From positions 1 through 64,000 of IMG/VR virus record IMGVR_UViG_3300027659_000015: a stretch of 64,000 nt of DNA, one strand, 5' to 3'. The notes beneath the pieces are model-generated. The model saw only the letters and a list, made by a program, of their open reading frames with translations, searched no databases and was not told where the DNA came from. A program made the position numbers and the translations under genes. Positions 36,048 through 47,327 of this stretch are shown piece by piece. This DNA comes from a virus. The first letter of the stretch is position 1. Each line of letters opens with the position of its first letter.

Positions 36048-39000
36048 ATGGCGAAGAATTTTAACGTTGATCCGTGGTATGATGATTTTGACCAAACAAA
36101 AAACTTTCATCGTATTTTGTTCAAACCTGGCCGTGCGGTTCAAGCCAGAGAATTAACACAAGCACAAACAATCTTACAGGATCAAATAACTAAATTTGCG
36201 GATAACATCTTCAAACAAAACTCTCCTGTAACTGGTGGTGAAGTTACCACAAATTTTGGTTGTTATTATGTAAAATTACAACCAACATACAACAATGCTG
36301 CTATTGATATTACACAATTTGATGGTATTTTAGTTAGAAACACAACGGGTAATGTTGTTGCAAGGGTTATATCATATGTGGCTGCGACAGGAACAGATCC
36401 AGACACATTAATTCTTGCGTATACATCAGGTCAACAATTTCAAAATGGAGATGTTATATACGAAGCTGTAAATGGACTTTTGGCTGCTCAAGCAATTACA
36501 TCAGCAGCTACTGGCGAATCATCTGTAGCTTCAATTTCTCAAGGTGTTTTCTATGTCTTGGGTAATTTTGTACAAATTAGTCCGTCTACGGTAGTTTTAG
36601 ATCCATATGACAGTACACCAACAAAACGAGTTGGTTTAACAATCACAGAAACAACTTATGATTATGTAGATGATAACTCATTATTGGATCCTGCTGCGGG
36701 CGCTACAAACTATCAAGCTCCAGGTGCTGACCGTTATGTGATTGCTCTGAAATTAGATATACGAAATATCGCTTTAGGTGACGATAACGATTTTATTGAA
36801 TTGGTACGTGTCGAAGACGGCGTTGTATCGAAAATGGTAAATGGCTCTGTATATAATGTTATTGATGATTATTTTGCAAAACGTGATTATGAAACAAATG
36901 GTGATTATATTGTTGATGATTATAAATTAACACCAAGAACAAATACCGATTTGGACAAATATACTTTGACAGTTGGTAAAGGTTTGTCGTATGTTCATGG
37001 TTACCGAATGGAAAATCCAACTAATGTGGATTTAGTATCAAACCGTGCTAGAACAACCAAATTTCAAAACAACAATCCGGTTTATATAGACTATGGAACA
37101 TACTTCTATGTTGATACCGTGCGTGGAGGTGCGGCTGGATCATTCTTTGATGTAACAACCGCTCAGGCCGTTGACTTTCATTGTGTAACTTCATCAAATG
37201 TTAGAACCACAAATACAGCTACATACAGTTCTACTGTTGTGGCAACTGGTTACATCAGAAACTTTGCTTATGATTATAACACAAGTGATGCTGATGCGAA
37301 CACATATGTTTATAAAGCTTTTGTAAATGATATACAAAATGCTGTGGCAACAGCCAACGTAGTTTCAGCAACAGCCAATACAATTAAACTTCCTGGAACA
37401 TTCTCACAATCAAACACTTCATACGTTGGTGTAAACGTTACAATAACAAACGGAACAAGTTCCGGTGATTTCCGTACAATCACAAGTTATGATGGTGCCA
37501 CAAGAATTGCAACGGTCAATCAAAATTGGACAGTTATACCAGATACAACATCCGTGTTTGCTTTTAATTTTGATATTAAAGATATTGATACAATCGTATA
37601 TGCAGATAAAACATCTTATCCAGCTTCCATCAAATCTTATGCAAATATCAATAATGCTTCTGGTAGAATTGGTGGTGTTTCAACTGGTGCAACAATTCTA
37701 AAAAATCCAGGTGCACCGGAATTAATTTATAACATCGGTGCACCATATGTTGCATCAATGGTAGACGCTTCTTATAACACACAACATTTAAATCGTGGCG
37801 TTGTATTCAATGCTTCTGGTGGTGTAGTTGCTCAAGTACAAATTACATATTCAGATTCATATTCTGGTGTTATCCAGCATTTTGGTAGTGCGGGTGGTTA
37901 TTTAAGTGCGGATGTAATCAAACAAAACTTTTTGATTGTTGTTACCAATGCTGTCTCACCTTGTACATTATCTGTTGGCCAAGTAGTACCACTTTCATAT
38001 TTGGGTGGAACAATATTAATTAGTAATGATTTATCAACCGCAACTTTAAGTATTCCTGTTTCGGCAGTTGGTGGTACCTTTACGGCAGTTGTTTTAGAAA
38101 AAGTTTTTGTATCAAACGCTGATAACACAAGTCATTTCTTAAAATATAAGAATTTAATCACCGCTGACACATCCGTAATTAAAACCAACGGTACAAATAT
38201 TAATGGTCAATACTTTGTTGATGATGCATCACTAACCTCCACTGGCCAAATTTATATTCAAAATCCAGGTTTAGTTTCACCAGGTTTAAAACAAACTTTA
38301 TATTTGTCCGATGTAAAAAATATTGTTAAGATTATTGACACCAAAGGTGCTGGTTATATTCCAACATTAGGAATGTTAACTAATCCATCATATGATGTTA
38401 CAAAGAATTACTCATTTGATAACGGCCAGAGAGATAGTTATTATGACCATGCTTCAATAACATTAATTCCTGGTGCTCCACAACCAAAAGGAAATTTACT
38501 TGTATTTGTAAATTATTACCAACATGCTGGTGGCGATGGTTACTTTGCATTGAGTTCTTATTTGAATTCACAAAAACCAGAATCATATAAGAATATACTT
38601 TCGTATGTTAGTAAAAACGGAACAACTTATCCTTTGCGTGATTCTTTAGATTTTAGACCATCTAGAATAAATGCAACTACAACTTTCCAGTTTAATTATA
38701 ATTCAGTTGTCAACAGATATGGTATCTTTATACCAACAGACTTGTCAACTTTCAGAACAGATTATTCTTATTATCTTGGTAGAAAAGATAAATTAATATT
38801 AACCAAAGATAGAACATTTGAGATTATTGAAGGTGCACCTTCGGTTAATCCTTTAATACCATCTGAACCAGATGGTTCATTGGTTATAGCTAATATAACA
38901 CACGTACCATATACTGGTTATATTCCAACAGAATCACCAAATGGTACACTCTCTGACCTGTCCATTGAGAAAGTTAAACATAAGCGTTATACCATGCAAG

Positions 39001-42000
39001 ACATTGCTGGTTTGGAAAGCAGAATTAACAATATTCAATACTATGCATCTTTAAATTTGTTGGAACAGAAAGCAAGTTCATTACAAATCTCCGATGCATA
39101 TGGTTTAAACAGATTCAAGAACGGTATACTTGTTGACGATTTCTCAAGTTTTGCTACGGCAGATACTTTGAATGGTGACTACTATGCGACTATCAATCGC
39201 CGTGACCGCTTAATGACTGCTTCACAAAATGTTAAAAACTTTCAATTGAAATCTTTAGCTACAGCATATAACATGAATCAAATGGATTCTTCCATTTCTT
39301 TGGGTTATAATATTAGTACAGATGGTAATGTTAATTACTATACATTGCCATACACAACATCAAATGTAATTACACAAAAATTTGCTTCACGGACAGTTAA
39401 TGTAAATCCATTCTCTTTTTCAGTAATTGATGGTACAATTTCGTTGTCACCAAATATTGATAATTGGGTTGATACAACTTATTCTCCATCATTGTTAATT
39501 ACTGATCCAAATTTACAGGTGTTCCAAGCAGGTTCAACAAACAACATATTACAATACGGAGATTGGAAAGCAATTACTGGTGTACCAAGTGTTGTGAATA
39601 CTCAATTGACGGATCGTGGAAGAAATTGGGAAACATATACACAAACAACTTCCGTTTACATGAACCAAACAAATGTGATGGGTTCATATGATAAGATTGG
39701 TAACACATATTCATTGAATAACGGATATATTCAAGATATTTCTGTTTTGCCATATATCAGACCACAACAGATTGTTTCACGTGCAAAAGGTATGTTGATT
39801 AATGCAGCAGTAAATTACTATTTTGATGGTACAAATGTAAATAATTATATTCGTAAAGGAAACATTATCGAATTGATAGGTGTTTCTGGTACTTTCAAAG
39901 AAGGTGATATTATTGGTTATTACACAAGTGGTACATTTACACCAACAGCTAGGATTTTAGGTTTATTTAATAAAACTGCAACGACAACAAGATTGTATGT
40001 TGCTGCTGATCCATATACACAAAATTACACAACAAATGGTGTGATACAAAACGGATTCTTTAATGCTTCTGGTGTGTACACATCAACGACAGCAACTGGT
40101 ACTGTTTCAAGTCAATCACATTTTGGTGGTAGAATTAATGGCAGTTCCAATTCAACAACTATCACATTAAGCAATTTAGCTTCAACTTCCGATAATTATT
40201 ATAACGGAAATACAATTTACATTTGTGATGGAACTGGTGTCGGTTCTTCTGCTACTATTACAGGTTATCAAGGTTCAACAAGAGTTGCTACTTTAGCAAC
40301 AGGCATCACATTATCGGTTGATGATATCTATTCTATTGGTGGATTCAGTACTGATGAAACTGGTTCAACTTATGGTGTATTCAACTTACCAGAAAACACT
40401 TTCCACAATGGTCAAAGAACACTACGAATTGATAATAGGGTCAATGGTAATTTAGGTACAGAAACAACTTTTGCTGAAGGTGTTTATTATGCCGAAGGTT
40501 TGCAAACTAAGGCGCAGCAGATAGACTTTGGTGCTTCTCCGGCTGGTGCAAAGAACACCTTCTATAAAACTGGTGATCCAAAATTAGTACAAACGAATGT
40601 TACATCTTGGACAAATAGATGGGATCCTGTTGCACAAACGTTTATTGTTGATAAGGATAACTTTCCTAATGGATTGTTCTTAGACTCAGCAACATTCTTC
40701 TTCTCTAATAAACCAACTGGCGACAATTCACCAATTACATTATCAATTGTTGGAACACAAAATGGATATCCAAATGGTGATACACTCGACCATTCTGTTG
40801 TAACTTTGACACCAATATCGGTAAAAACATCATCATCTCCACAATATTTGGATAGTACCGCTGCAACAAAATTCAAATTCTCTGCACCAGTTTATATTCA
40901 ACCAGGTGTATTATATGCATTCATGTTGAAATCTAATTCAAATCAATATGAGTTGTGGTCAACTTCTAATGGAGATAAAGCATTATCATCTTCAGTTAAA
41001 AACTTGCCAACCGATCCAGCACCGTCAATCATTACTAAGATTGGTTCGGCACCATACGTTGGTGGTCTATTCATTTCACAAAATGCACAGACATGGACAG
41101 CAGATCAAAATCAAAGTTTAATGTTTGTTGTAGACCGTTGTGTGTTTAATACAACTGCTACACCAACAATTCAACACATTGTACCAAACAAATTGCCACA
41201 AAGAACTTTGATTGACCAAAGTATTAGATACTATCAAAATGCTAATGGTGTTTCCGGTACAACAGAAACAATCAGTTCAACTGATGTATTGGTAGACGCA
41301 TTTAATGTTACAACCACAGACTTTACTCCGTCTTCCACTTCAATCACTTATTCATATAATGCCACTTTACTTAATGGTACGGCAGCTGGAACAACATACA
41401 TAAATCCAGGTAAATATGGCACACCAACAAATGATGACATTTATTTGACTGATGGTAAAGGTGAGCGAATTTTGGTTGCAAACTCCAATACATCATTCTC
41501 ATTGTATACAGTATTGAATACAACATCTGACCATGTTAGTCCTGTAATTTCTGATGCTGGTTTATCAGTATTTGCAATTCAATGGAATATTAATAATGCA
41601 GAATTGTCTAATTCTGTTATAACATTAGCCAACACCGGTACAGGTTATAACGCATACACAACTACTGTAACAATTTCACCACCGAAAGATCCTAATGGTT
41701 CACAAGCTTATGCATCAGCAAATGTTGTTTCAGGTAATATTCAATCTGTTTACATAACAACTGCTGGTTCTGGTTATATTACGACACCTACAATTACAAT
41801 TACGGATGCTAATAATATTCCTGGTACAGGCGCAACAGCAATCATTACAGGTGAAACATCTAAGAATGGTGGCAATGTACTCGCTAAATATGTCACCAAG
41901 AAAGTTGTTTTGGATCCAACATTTGACTCCGGTGACCTGAATGTTTATCTAACTGCATATCGTCCAGTAAATACAGATATTCATGTGTATTACAAGGTTC

Positions 42001-42302
42001 TAAACAGAAATGATACACAGAAGTTTGATGACAGTTCATGGCAATTAATGACCAAAATTAATAACTCTGGTTCATTATTTTCTCAAGCAAGAAGTGATAC
42101 TTATGAATATGTGTTTGCTCCAGGAAATGCTGGTGTCGACCAAGGTTATGTAACTTATACAAGTACAACAGGACAAATATACACCTCATTTAGTCAATTT
42201 GCTGTCAAAGTTGTTTTGACTAGTTCCGACCATACGTATTCACCATTTGTAAATGATTTACGTGTGATTGCTTTACCTGCGAACGTTAATACTTCAGTAT
42301 AA
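36048..42302 (+). CDS. large virion structural protein (VrlC/DUF4815-like), 2084 aa
   Basis: NFNV.P.YDDFD..KNF.RILF.PG.AVQARELTQ.Q, APGADR, RYTM.DI..LE.RI, RFKNG..VD.F and DP.AQTF. Confidence 0.85.
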   Translation: MAKNFNVDPWYDDFDQTKNFHRILFKPGRAVQARELTQAQTILQDQITKFADNIFKQNSPVTGGEVTTNFGCYYVKLQPTYNNAAIDITQFDGILVRNTTGNVVARVISYVAATGTDPDTLILAYTSGQQFQNGDVIYEAVNGLLAAQAITSAATGESSVASISQGVFYVLGNFVQISPSTVVLDPYDSTPTKRVGLTITETTYDYVDDNSLLDPAAGATNYQAPGADRYVIALKLDIRNIALGDDNDFIELVRVEDGVVSKMVNGSVYNVIDDYFAKRDYETNGDYIVDDYKLTPRTNTDLDKYTLTVGKGLSYVHGYRMENPTNVDLVSNRARTTKFQNNNPVYIDYGTYFYVDTVRGGAAGSFFDVTTAQAVDFHCVTSSNVRTTNTATYSSTVVATGYIRNFAYDYNTSDADANTYVYKAFVNDIQNAVATANVVSATANTIKLPGTFSQSNTSYVGVNVTITNGTSSGDFRTITSYDGATRIATVNQNWTVIPDTTSVFAFNFDIKDIDTIVYADKTSYPASIKSYANINNASGRIGGVSTGATILKNPGAPELIYNIGAPYVASMVDASYNTQHLNRGVVFNASGGVVAQVQITYSDSYSGVIQHFGSAGGYLSADVIKQNFLIVVTNAVSPCTLSVGQVVPLSYLGGTILISNDLSTATLSIPVSAVGGTFTAVVLEKVFVSNADNTSHFLKYKNLITADTSVIKTNGTNINGQYFVDDASLTSTGQIYIQNPGLVSPGLKQTLYLSDVKNIVKIIDTKGAGYIPTLGMLTNPSYDVTKNYSFDNGQRDSYYDHASITLIPGAPQPKGNLLVFVNYYQHAGGDGYFALSSYLNSQKPESYKNILSYVSKNGTTYPLRDSLDFRPSRINATTTFQFNYNSVVNRYGIFIPTDLSTFRTDYSYYLGRKDKLILTKDRTFEIIEGAPSVNPLIPSEPDGSLVIANITHVPYTGYIPTESPNGTLSDLSIEKVKHKRYTMQDIAGLESRINNIQYYASLNLLEQKASSLQISDAYGLNRFKNGILVDDFSSFATADTLNGDYYATINRRDRLMTASQNVKNFQLKSLATAYNMNQMDSSISLGYNISTDGNVNYYTLPYTTSNVITQKFASRTVNVNPFSFSVIDGTISLSPNIDNWVDTTYSPSLLITDPNLQVFQAGSTNNILQYGDWKAITGVPSVVNTQLTDRGRNWETYTQTTSVYMNQTNVMGSYDKIGNTYSLNNGYIQDISVLPYIRPQQIVSRAKGMLINAAVNYYFDGTNVNNYIRKGNIIELIGVSGTFKEGDIIGYYTSGTFTPTARILGLFNKTATTTRLYVAADPYTQNYTTNGVIQNGFFNASGVYTSTTATGTVSSQSHFGGRINGSSNSTTITLSNLASTSDNYYNGNTIYICDGTGVGSSATITGYQGSTRVATLATGITLSVDDIYSIGGFSTDETGSTYGVFNLPENTFHNGQRTLRIDNRVNGNLGTETTFAEGVYYAEGLQTKAQQIDFGASPAGAKNTFYKTGDPKLVQTNVTSWTNRWDPVAQTFIVDKDNFPNGLFLDSATFFFSNKPTGDNSPITLSIVGTQNGYPNGDTLDHSVVTLTPISVKTSSSPQYLDSTAATKFKFSAPVYIQPGVLYAFMLKSNSNQYELWSTSNGDKALSSSVKNLPTDPAPSIITKIGSAPYVGGLFISQNAQTWTADQNQSLMFVVDRCVFNTTATPTIQHIVPNKLPQRTLIDQSIRYYQNANGVSGTTETISSTDVLVDAFNVTTTDFTPSSTSITYSYNATLLNGTAAGTTYINPGKYGTPTNDDIYLTDGKGERILVANSNTSFSLYTVLNTTSDHVSPVISDAGLSVFAIQWNINNAELSNSVITLANTGTGYNAYTTTVTISPPKDPNGSQAYASANVVSGNIQSVYITTAGSGYITTPTITITDANNIPGTGATAIITGETSKNGGNVLAKYVTKKVVLDPTFDSGDLNVYLTAYRPVNTDIHVYYKVLNRNDTQKFDDSSWQLMTKINNSGSLFSQARSDTYEYVFAPGNAGVDQGYVTYTSTTGQIYTSFSQFAVKVVLTSSDHTYSPFVNDLRVIALPANVNTSV

Positions 42303-42304
42303 TT

Positions 42305-42523
42305 ATGTTAATACCAATTACAGGAACAAGTTTAGTTCGTGATACGGAAAGTATGGCTTTGATTAATCGAGACATTTCTGGTTTACAAGATTATAAAACC
42401 AAACGAAAATTTGCTGAGTCTCAAAAAGAGCAAATAAATAAGGTTGAATCAGAAATTAATAATATTAAAAACGACATATCAGATATTAAAAAACTGATGG
42501 TAAAACTATTAGAAAAAGGTTAA
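42305..42523 (+). CDS. small conserved coiled-coil protein
   Basis: LVRD..S.ALIN.D plus a C-terminal heptad repeat. Confidence 0.8.
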   Translation: MLIPITGTSLVRDTESMALINRDISGLQDYKTKRKFAESQKEQINKVESEINNIKNDISDIKKLMVKLLEKG

Positions 42524-42524
42524 A

Positions 42525-45500
42525 ATGGCAAATACAGTAACGATTATAAGTTATGCCAATACATTTGGTCAATGGATGGTTGCGACAGATGCTCTTATTG
42601 CAGAAAACAATACATTAGCAACAGGTGATTACACCAAAAATTCTGGTACAATTTTCCTCAGCGAAACAACAAAAAACGCACTGCAGTCAAACGGTAATAT
42701 CATCGTACAAAAACAACTCAGAGTACAAGGCTCAGGTTCATCCGCTTCTATTGATAATAATTTATCGGTTGATGGCCAAGTTTATTTTGGTAATACAACA
42801 TTAGGTTTAACTAATTCTGGCCAAGCCAACATCAATGGTCTTTTAATTGCTCAAGGACCAGGTACTGGGTTATATGTTTCCAATAGTGTATATATTGGTG
42901 GTAATACAACAATACAATATAATATATTAACAAATTCAATCCAATCCAATACATCAGTAAATACAAGAACAATTAGTGTCACAGGTAATACATATTCAAA
43001 TAATTTTATTGCAAATTCTTCTGCACAAATAAACAATTTAACTGTCGGTGGTTTAAGTAATTTAATTGGTACGACAAATGTTGGTGACATATATGTTTCC
43101 GGCACAGGTAATTTTAATACAACAATTAACGTTGATGATGGTATAATTGTTGCTGGTATTAATGTGGCACCACAGCTTACGGCAGCTTTTGTTAAAGCGA
43201 ATTCTGCTTATGAAGCACAAAATACTACAGGTTCATATGCAAACGGTGCTTACGGCCAAGCAAACTCAGCGGCTACATATGCCAATGGTGCTTTCCTTCA
43301 TGCTAATTCATCATTCAATTCTCAAAATACAACCGGTTCATATGCAAACGGTGCTTACGGCCAAGCAAATTCAGCAGCCTCATATGCTAACTCGGCCTTC
43401 ACAAATTCAAATTCTTCTTATTCACTCGCAAACAATATAGTCACAGGTACACAAAAATTAGATTGGGTGAGTGTAGGTAACACAACATTCACTTCTTCAT
43501 TACAGGCTAATACAACTGTTAATACTTCTAGTGTCTCTGTCACAAATAGAATAACAACAAAAGATATTACAGCAAATAATTCAATCACCTCACAAGGTTC
43601 TGTTGTATCCAATACCTTCACAGCGAATATTAGTGCTTCGATACCAACACTTACAATATCAACGAAACTTGATGGTAATGATGCAGCATTTTTTGCAAAC
43701 AGTTTATCTGTAGGTTCTGGTGGTTTAAGTATTAGTGGTAACTTTACTTTGACTGGTAGTACAATCTACGCTGCTAATACTTTCCAATTGAGTACTGGCG
43801 TTTCTGCTGGTATTTCTAGTTATATTTCAGTTGCTCGTGGTTCTTCTGGTCCAAATGCTGCATTCCGTTGGAATGAACCTTTGTTGTATTGGGAAACACT
43901 AGATGTAACAGGTAACATCTATTCACGTGTCATTACAGAAAACTATTTGGCTAATCAAACGGGTTCATATGCTAACTCAGCATTTGACAAAGCCAACTCT
44001 GCCTATGAATCACAGAATACGACAGGCACTTATGCCAACTCAGCATATACACAAGCAAATACCGCATTTAATAATGCAGCTGGTGCTTCTCTGTATGCTA
44101 ACGGTGCTTTCATTCAATCAAATGCAGCGTTCATTAAATCCAACTCTGCCTATGAATCACAGAATACGACAGGCACTTATGCCAACTCAGCATATACTCA
44201 GGCAAATACAGCAGTTAATAATGCAGTTGGTGCTTCTCTGTATGCTAACGGTGCATTTACACAATCTAATGCTGCTTTCATCAAAGCAAACTCAGCATAT
44301 GATTTAGCAAATACATTTGCCAATACTTTTGTTGGTACACAAGGTTCTGTTACACATTCTGGTGGTGTAATATCATTCTCAAGTAATAATGGTATAAAAA
44401 TTGTAGCTACAAGTGCAAACAATTTTGCTATTAGTTCACCACAAGACTTACAGACAGCAAATACACCAACATTTAATGGTTTAATCTTAACTAATGCTTT
44501 ACCGTTAAATCAAGGTGGTACAGGTGCAACATCATCTTCTGGAGCATTAACCAATATTTTACCAACGGGTGCAACAGCAGGTTATGTATTAACTACAGGT
44601 GGTCCAGGTAACTTTTATTGGTCCGCAAGTTCTGGTGGCGGCGGCGGTGGTGGTGTAACACCAGGTACTACAATCAACTCAACTCGTTTGTCATACACAG
44701 CTAATGGACAATCGGGTTATACAGGAAATTCTTTTGTTATACCAACCGCAACAACCGGTACACAAGTTCGTGCTTATATTAACGGTGTTAGACAATTTGA
44801 ATCTGAATATGCTTTAGATTTAAGTGCCAACACAATTGCATTTACAACAACACCACCAAGTGGTGATTCGATTCTTGTTGAAGTTGATGGATATTATGTA
44901 AATCCATATTACGCAAATAATATTACATTTACTGCACCCCAAGGTGACATTCCATCTTCTGCTAATACAATTCAATTAGCAATCAACGATCTTGAGAGTA
45001 GAAAAGCTGCATTGACTGGAGGTTCATTTACTGGCCGAGTCTTTGGTCTTACACCAAGTGTGGGTAATAATGACACAACTTTTGCTACAACAGCATTTGT
45101 TAAATCTTTATTGAATAATAGTAATACATTTACCTTAAATGCTGCAACCGTGACTAACGGTGTATACACTACATCAACTGGTGTTGTTACAAGTGCAATG
45201 ATGACAACAACTGGTATTTCTGCAGGTCAATATGGTACTACAACAGCTATACCACAATTTACAGTAGATACGGCCGGTAGAATTACTGCAATCGGTACAG
45301 TTGGTATTAGTATTCCTGCAGGAACGTCAATTTATGCTAACACAAATCAATTAGTCGCTAATGTCGCAACAGGAACAGTACAGATTGGTTTAGCAAATAC
45401 CAATACAAATATAGGAACTTTTGGTGGTGCAAGTACAGCAACAACTTTTGCTGTTGACGGTTACGGTAGGATTACAAGTGTGGCCAACGTAGCAATAGCA

Positions 45501-46016
45501 ATTGCTTCTAGTGCTGTTTCTGGTTTAGCATCATCAGCTACGACAGATACAACAAATGCTGGTAACATTGGTTCTGGTACTTTGGCTGCAGCAAGGCTTG
45601 GTACAACAATGCAACCACAACTTGGTACACTTGGTGTTGGTACTGCAGCACCAACGACAACTGGTCAAATCCGTGCTTCTGACAACATTACTGCTTTTTA
45701 CAGTTCAGATAAGAGATTGAAAGAGAACATACAAGATATTCCGGATGCATTATCTAAAGTTGGCTGTATTGGTGGTAAATTATTTGATTGGACAGATGAT
45801 TACGTATCAAAACATGGTGGCGCAGATGGTTACTTTGTACAAAAATCAGATTTTGGTGTTATTGCTCAGGATGTTCAACAAGTATTCCCTGTTGCTGTTC
45901 GCCAGAAACCAGATGGAACATTAGCAGTTGATTATGAAAAATTATGTGCTTTAGCATTTGCTGCTATTAAAGAACTCAAAGCTGAAGTTGATGCTCTAAA
46001 AGGAAATAATAAATGA
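42525..46016 (+). CDS. tail fibre protein with ANxA heptad repeats and a C-terminal intramolecular chaperone (peptidase S74) domain
   Basis: N-terminal NTFGQW...T; SDKRLKENI...GVIAQDV...VDYEKL...AIKEL...V..LK. Confidence 0.85.
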   Translation: MANTVTIISYANTFGQWMVATDALIAENNTLATGDYTKNSGTIFLSETTKNALQSNGNIIVQKQLRVQGSGSSASIDNNLSVDGQVYFGNTTLGLTNSGQANINGLLIAQGPGTGLYVSNSVYIGGNTTIQYNILTNSIQSNTSVNTRTISVTGNTYSNNFIANSSAQINNLTVGGLSNLIGTTNVGDIYVSGTGNFNTTINVDDGIIVAGINVAPQLTAAFVKANSAYEAQNTTGSYANGAYGQANSAATYANGAFLHANSSFNSQNTTGSYANGAYGQANSAASYANSAFTNSNSSYSLANNIVTGTQKLDWVSVGNTTFTSSLQANTTVNTSSVSVTNRITTKDITANNSITSQGSVVSNTFTANISASIPTLTISTKLDGNDAAFFANSLSVGSGGLSISGNFTLTGSTIYAANTFQLSTGVSAGISSYISVARGSSGPNAAFRWNEPLLYWETLDVTGNIYSRVITENYLANQTGSYANSAFDKANSAYESQNTTGTYANSAYTQANTAFNNAAGASLYANGAFIQSNAAFIKSNSAYESQNTTGTYANSAYTQANTAVNNAVGASLYANGAFTQSNAAFIKANSAYDLANTFANTFVGTQGSVTHSGGVISFSSNNGIKIVATSANNFAISSPQDLQTANTPTFNGLILTNALPLNQGGTGATSSSGALTNILPTGATAGYVLTTGGPGNFYWSASSGGGGGGGVTPGTTINSTRLSYTANGQSGYTGNSFVIPTATTGTQVRAYINGVRQFESEYALDLSANTIAFTTTPPSGDSILVEVDGYYVNPYYANNITFTAPQGDIPSSANTIQLAINDLESRKAALTGGSFTGRVFGLTPSVGNNDTTFATTAFVKSLLNNSNTFTLNAATVTNGVYTTSTGVVTSAMMTTTGISAGQYGTTTAIPQFTVDTAGRITAIGTVGISIPAGTSIYANTNQLVANVATGTVQIGLANTNTNIGTFGGASTATTFAVDGYGRITSVANVAIAIASSAVSGLASSATTDTTNAGNIGSGTLAAARLGTTMQPQLGTLGVGTAAPTTTGQIRASDNITAFYSSDKRLKENIQDIPDALSKVGCIGGKLFDWTDDYVSKHGGADGYFVQKSDFGVIAQDVQQVFPVAVRQKPDGTLAVDYEKLCALAFAAIKELKAEVDALKGNNK
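43993..44265 (+). repeat. 147-nt (49-aa) near-perfect direct repeat in the fibre gene
   Basis: CCAACTCTGCCTATGAATCACAGAATACGACAGGCACTTATGCCAACTCAGCATATAC at 43993 and 44140. Confidence 0.9.
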
Positions 46017-46909
46017 CAACAAAAGTTAGTTCATCCACGTTAGCTAATACGGCGGTTACGGCCGGCACATATGGTGGTTCAATTCAGGTTCCTGTTATTA
46101 CCGTTGATCCACAAGGTAGATTAACTTCTGCAGCCAATCTTATCATCACACAAACTGCTGTATATGCAAACTCAGGTCAAATCAACGCAAATACCGCAAC
46201 AGGTGTTGTACAAATTGGTTTACCAACACAATCTGTTAATCCAGCAATATCTTATGGTTCAGGTACACAGACACCAATCATTCAAGTTGACCAATATGGT
46301 AGAATTGTTGGTATTTCAACCACATTGATTACTGGTGGTTCAGCAGGTATTGGTGCTACATCTTTTGTGAGAACAACATTTACCGCAACTTCGACACAAA
46401 CAGTTTTTTCTGCAAATTACACAGTAGGTTATTTACAAGTCTTTGTCAATGGTGTTTTACTTGGAACTTCTGATTATACTGCATCAAACGGAACATCTAT
46501 TACTTTAGGTGTGGCATGTATCGGAGGTGAAATAGTTGAAGTTATTGCTTATACCGTTACATTAGTTAATAATCTTTCTCCATCATATACTGGTGGACAA
46601 GGTGGTTCGGCTGGTCAAATATTATATCAGTCAGCAGCAAATACTACATCAAATACAGACGTTGGTACAACTGGTTATTTGTTAACAAGTGCTGGTTCAG
46701 GTAAACCAACATGGACAGCTCCATCCGCTTTAACAGTTAGTGCAGCTACTTCAGCCACTTCTGCTGGATCACTTTCAACTGGACTATGGTCTGTGGCAAA
46801 CACATCTAATAAATTGGTTTTCTCATATAATAGTGTGGCCGTTTTCTCAGTTGATTCATCTGGTAACATGATTGCCAAAGGTGATATAACTGGCTTTGGC
46901 ACTCCTTAA
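46013..46909 (+). CDS. tail fibre protein
   Basis: V.AG.YG....P.ITVD.QGR.T repeats, a VFVNGV..DY.A.NG beta-domain and an F.VDSSGN..A.GDITGF end. Confidence 0.8.
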   Translation: MTTKVSSSTLANTAVTAGTYGGSIQVPVITVDPQGRLTSAANLIITQTAVYANSGQINANTATGVVQIGLPTQSVNPAISYGSGTQTPIIQVDQYGRIVGISTTLITGGSAGIGATSFVRTTFTATSTQTVFSANYTVGYLQVFVNGVLLGTSDYTASNGTSITLGVACIGGEIVEVIAYTVTLVNNLSPSYTGGQGGSAGQILYQSAANTTSNTDVGTTGYLLTSAGSGKPTWTAPSALTVSAATSATSAGSLSTGLWSVANTSNKLVFSYNSVAVFSVDSSGNMIAKGDITGFGTP

Positions 46910-46919
46910 GGATAATTAA

Positions 46920-47327
46920 ATGACTATCGCACGTACTTTAGGCAACTTCGCAAACGTAGTTTTAGCGAATACTGCTATTGTTTCATCAAATCCAATCACA
47001 GCGTCATCACTCACAGATTCTAAAGGTGGTGTAAGAGCTTTACCAGTAAACACACAAAGTGGTGTTTACACATTAACTTCAGCTGATGTTGGTAAAATGG
47101 TAAGCACAACAGCAGGTGTTACTGTTCCAGTATCAACATTCGTTGCTGGTGATAATATCACTATTTACAACAATTCTGCATCTTCCATAACAATTACTTG
47201 TTCGGCAATTACAGTATATCGTGCTGGTATAACAACAGCATCTACATCTTTGGCACTTGGCGGTAGAGGTGTTTGTACATTCTTATTCTACGCAAGTGAT
47301 GCAGCGGTTGTGACAGGAACAGTCTAA
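46920..47327 (+). CDS. small fibre-end/adaptor protein
   Basis: YTL...D.GK.......VTVP...F..GD.I.I.N motif; its stop overlaps the next start. Confidence 0.7.
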   Translation: MTIARTLGNFANVVLANTAIVSSNPITASSLTDSKGGVRALPVNTQSGVYTLTSADVGKMVSTTAGVTVPVSTFVAGDNITIYNNSASSITITCSAITVYRAGITTASTSLALGGRGVCTFLFYASDAAVVTGTV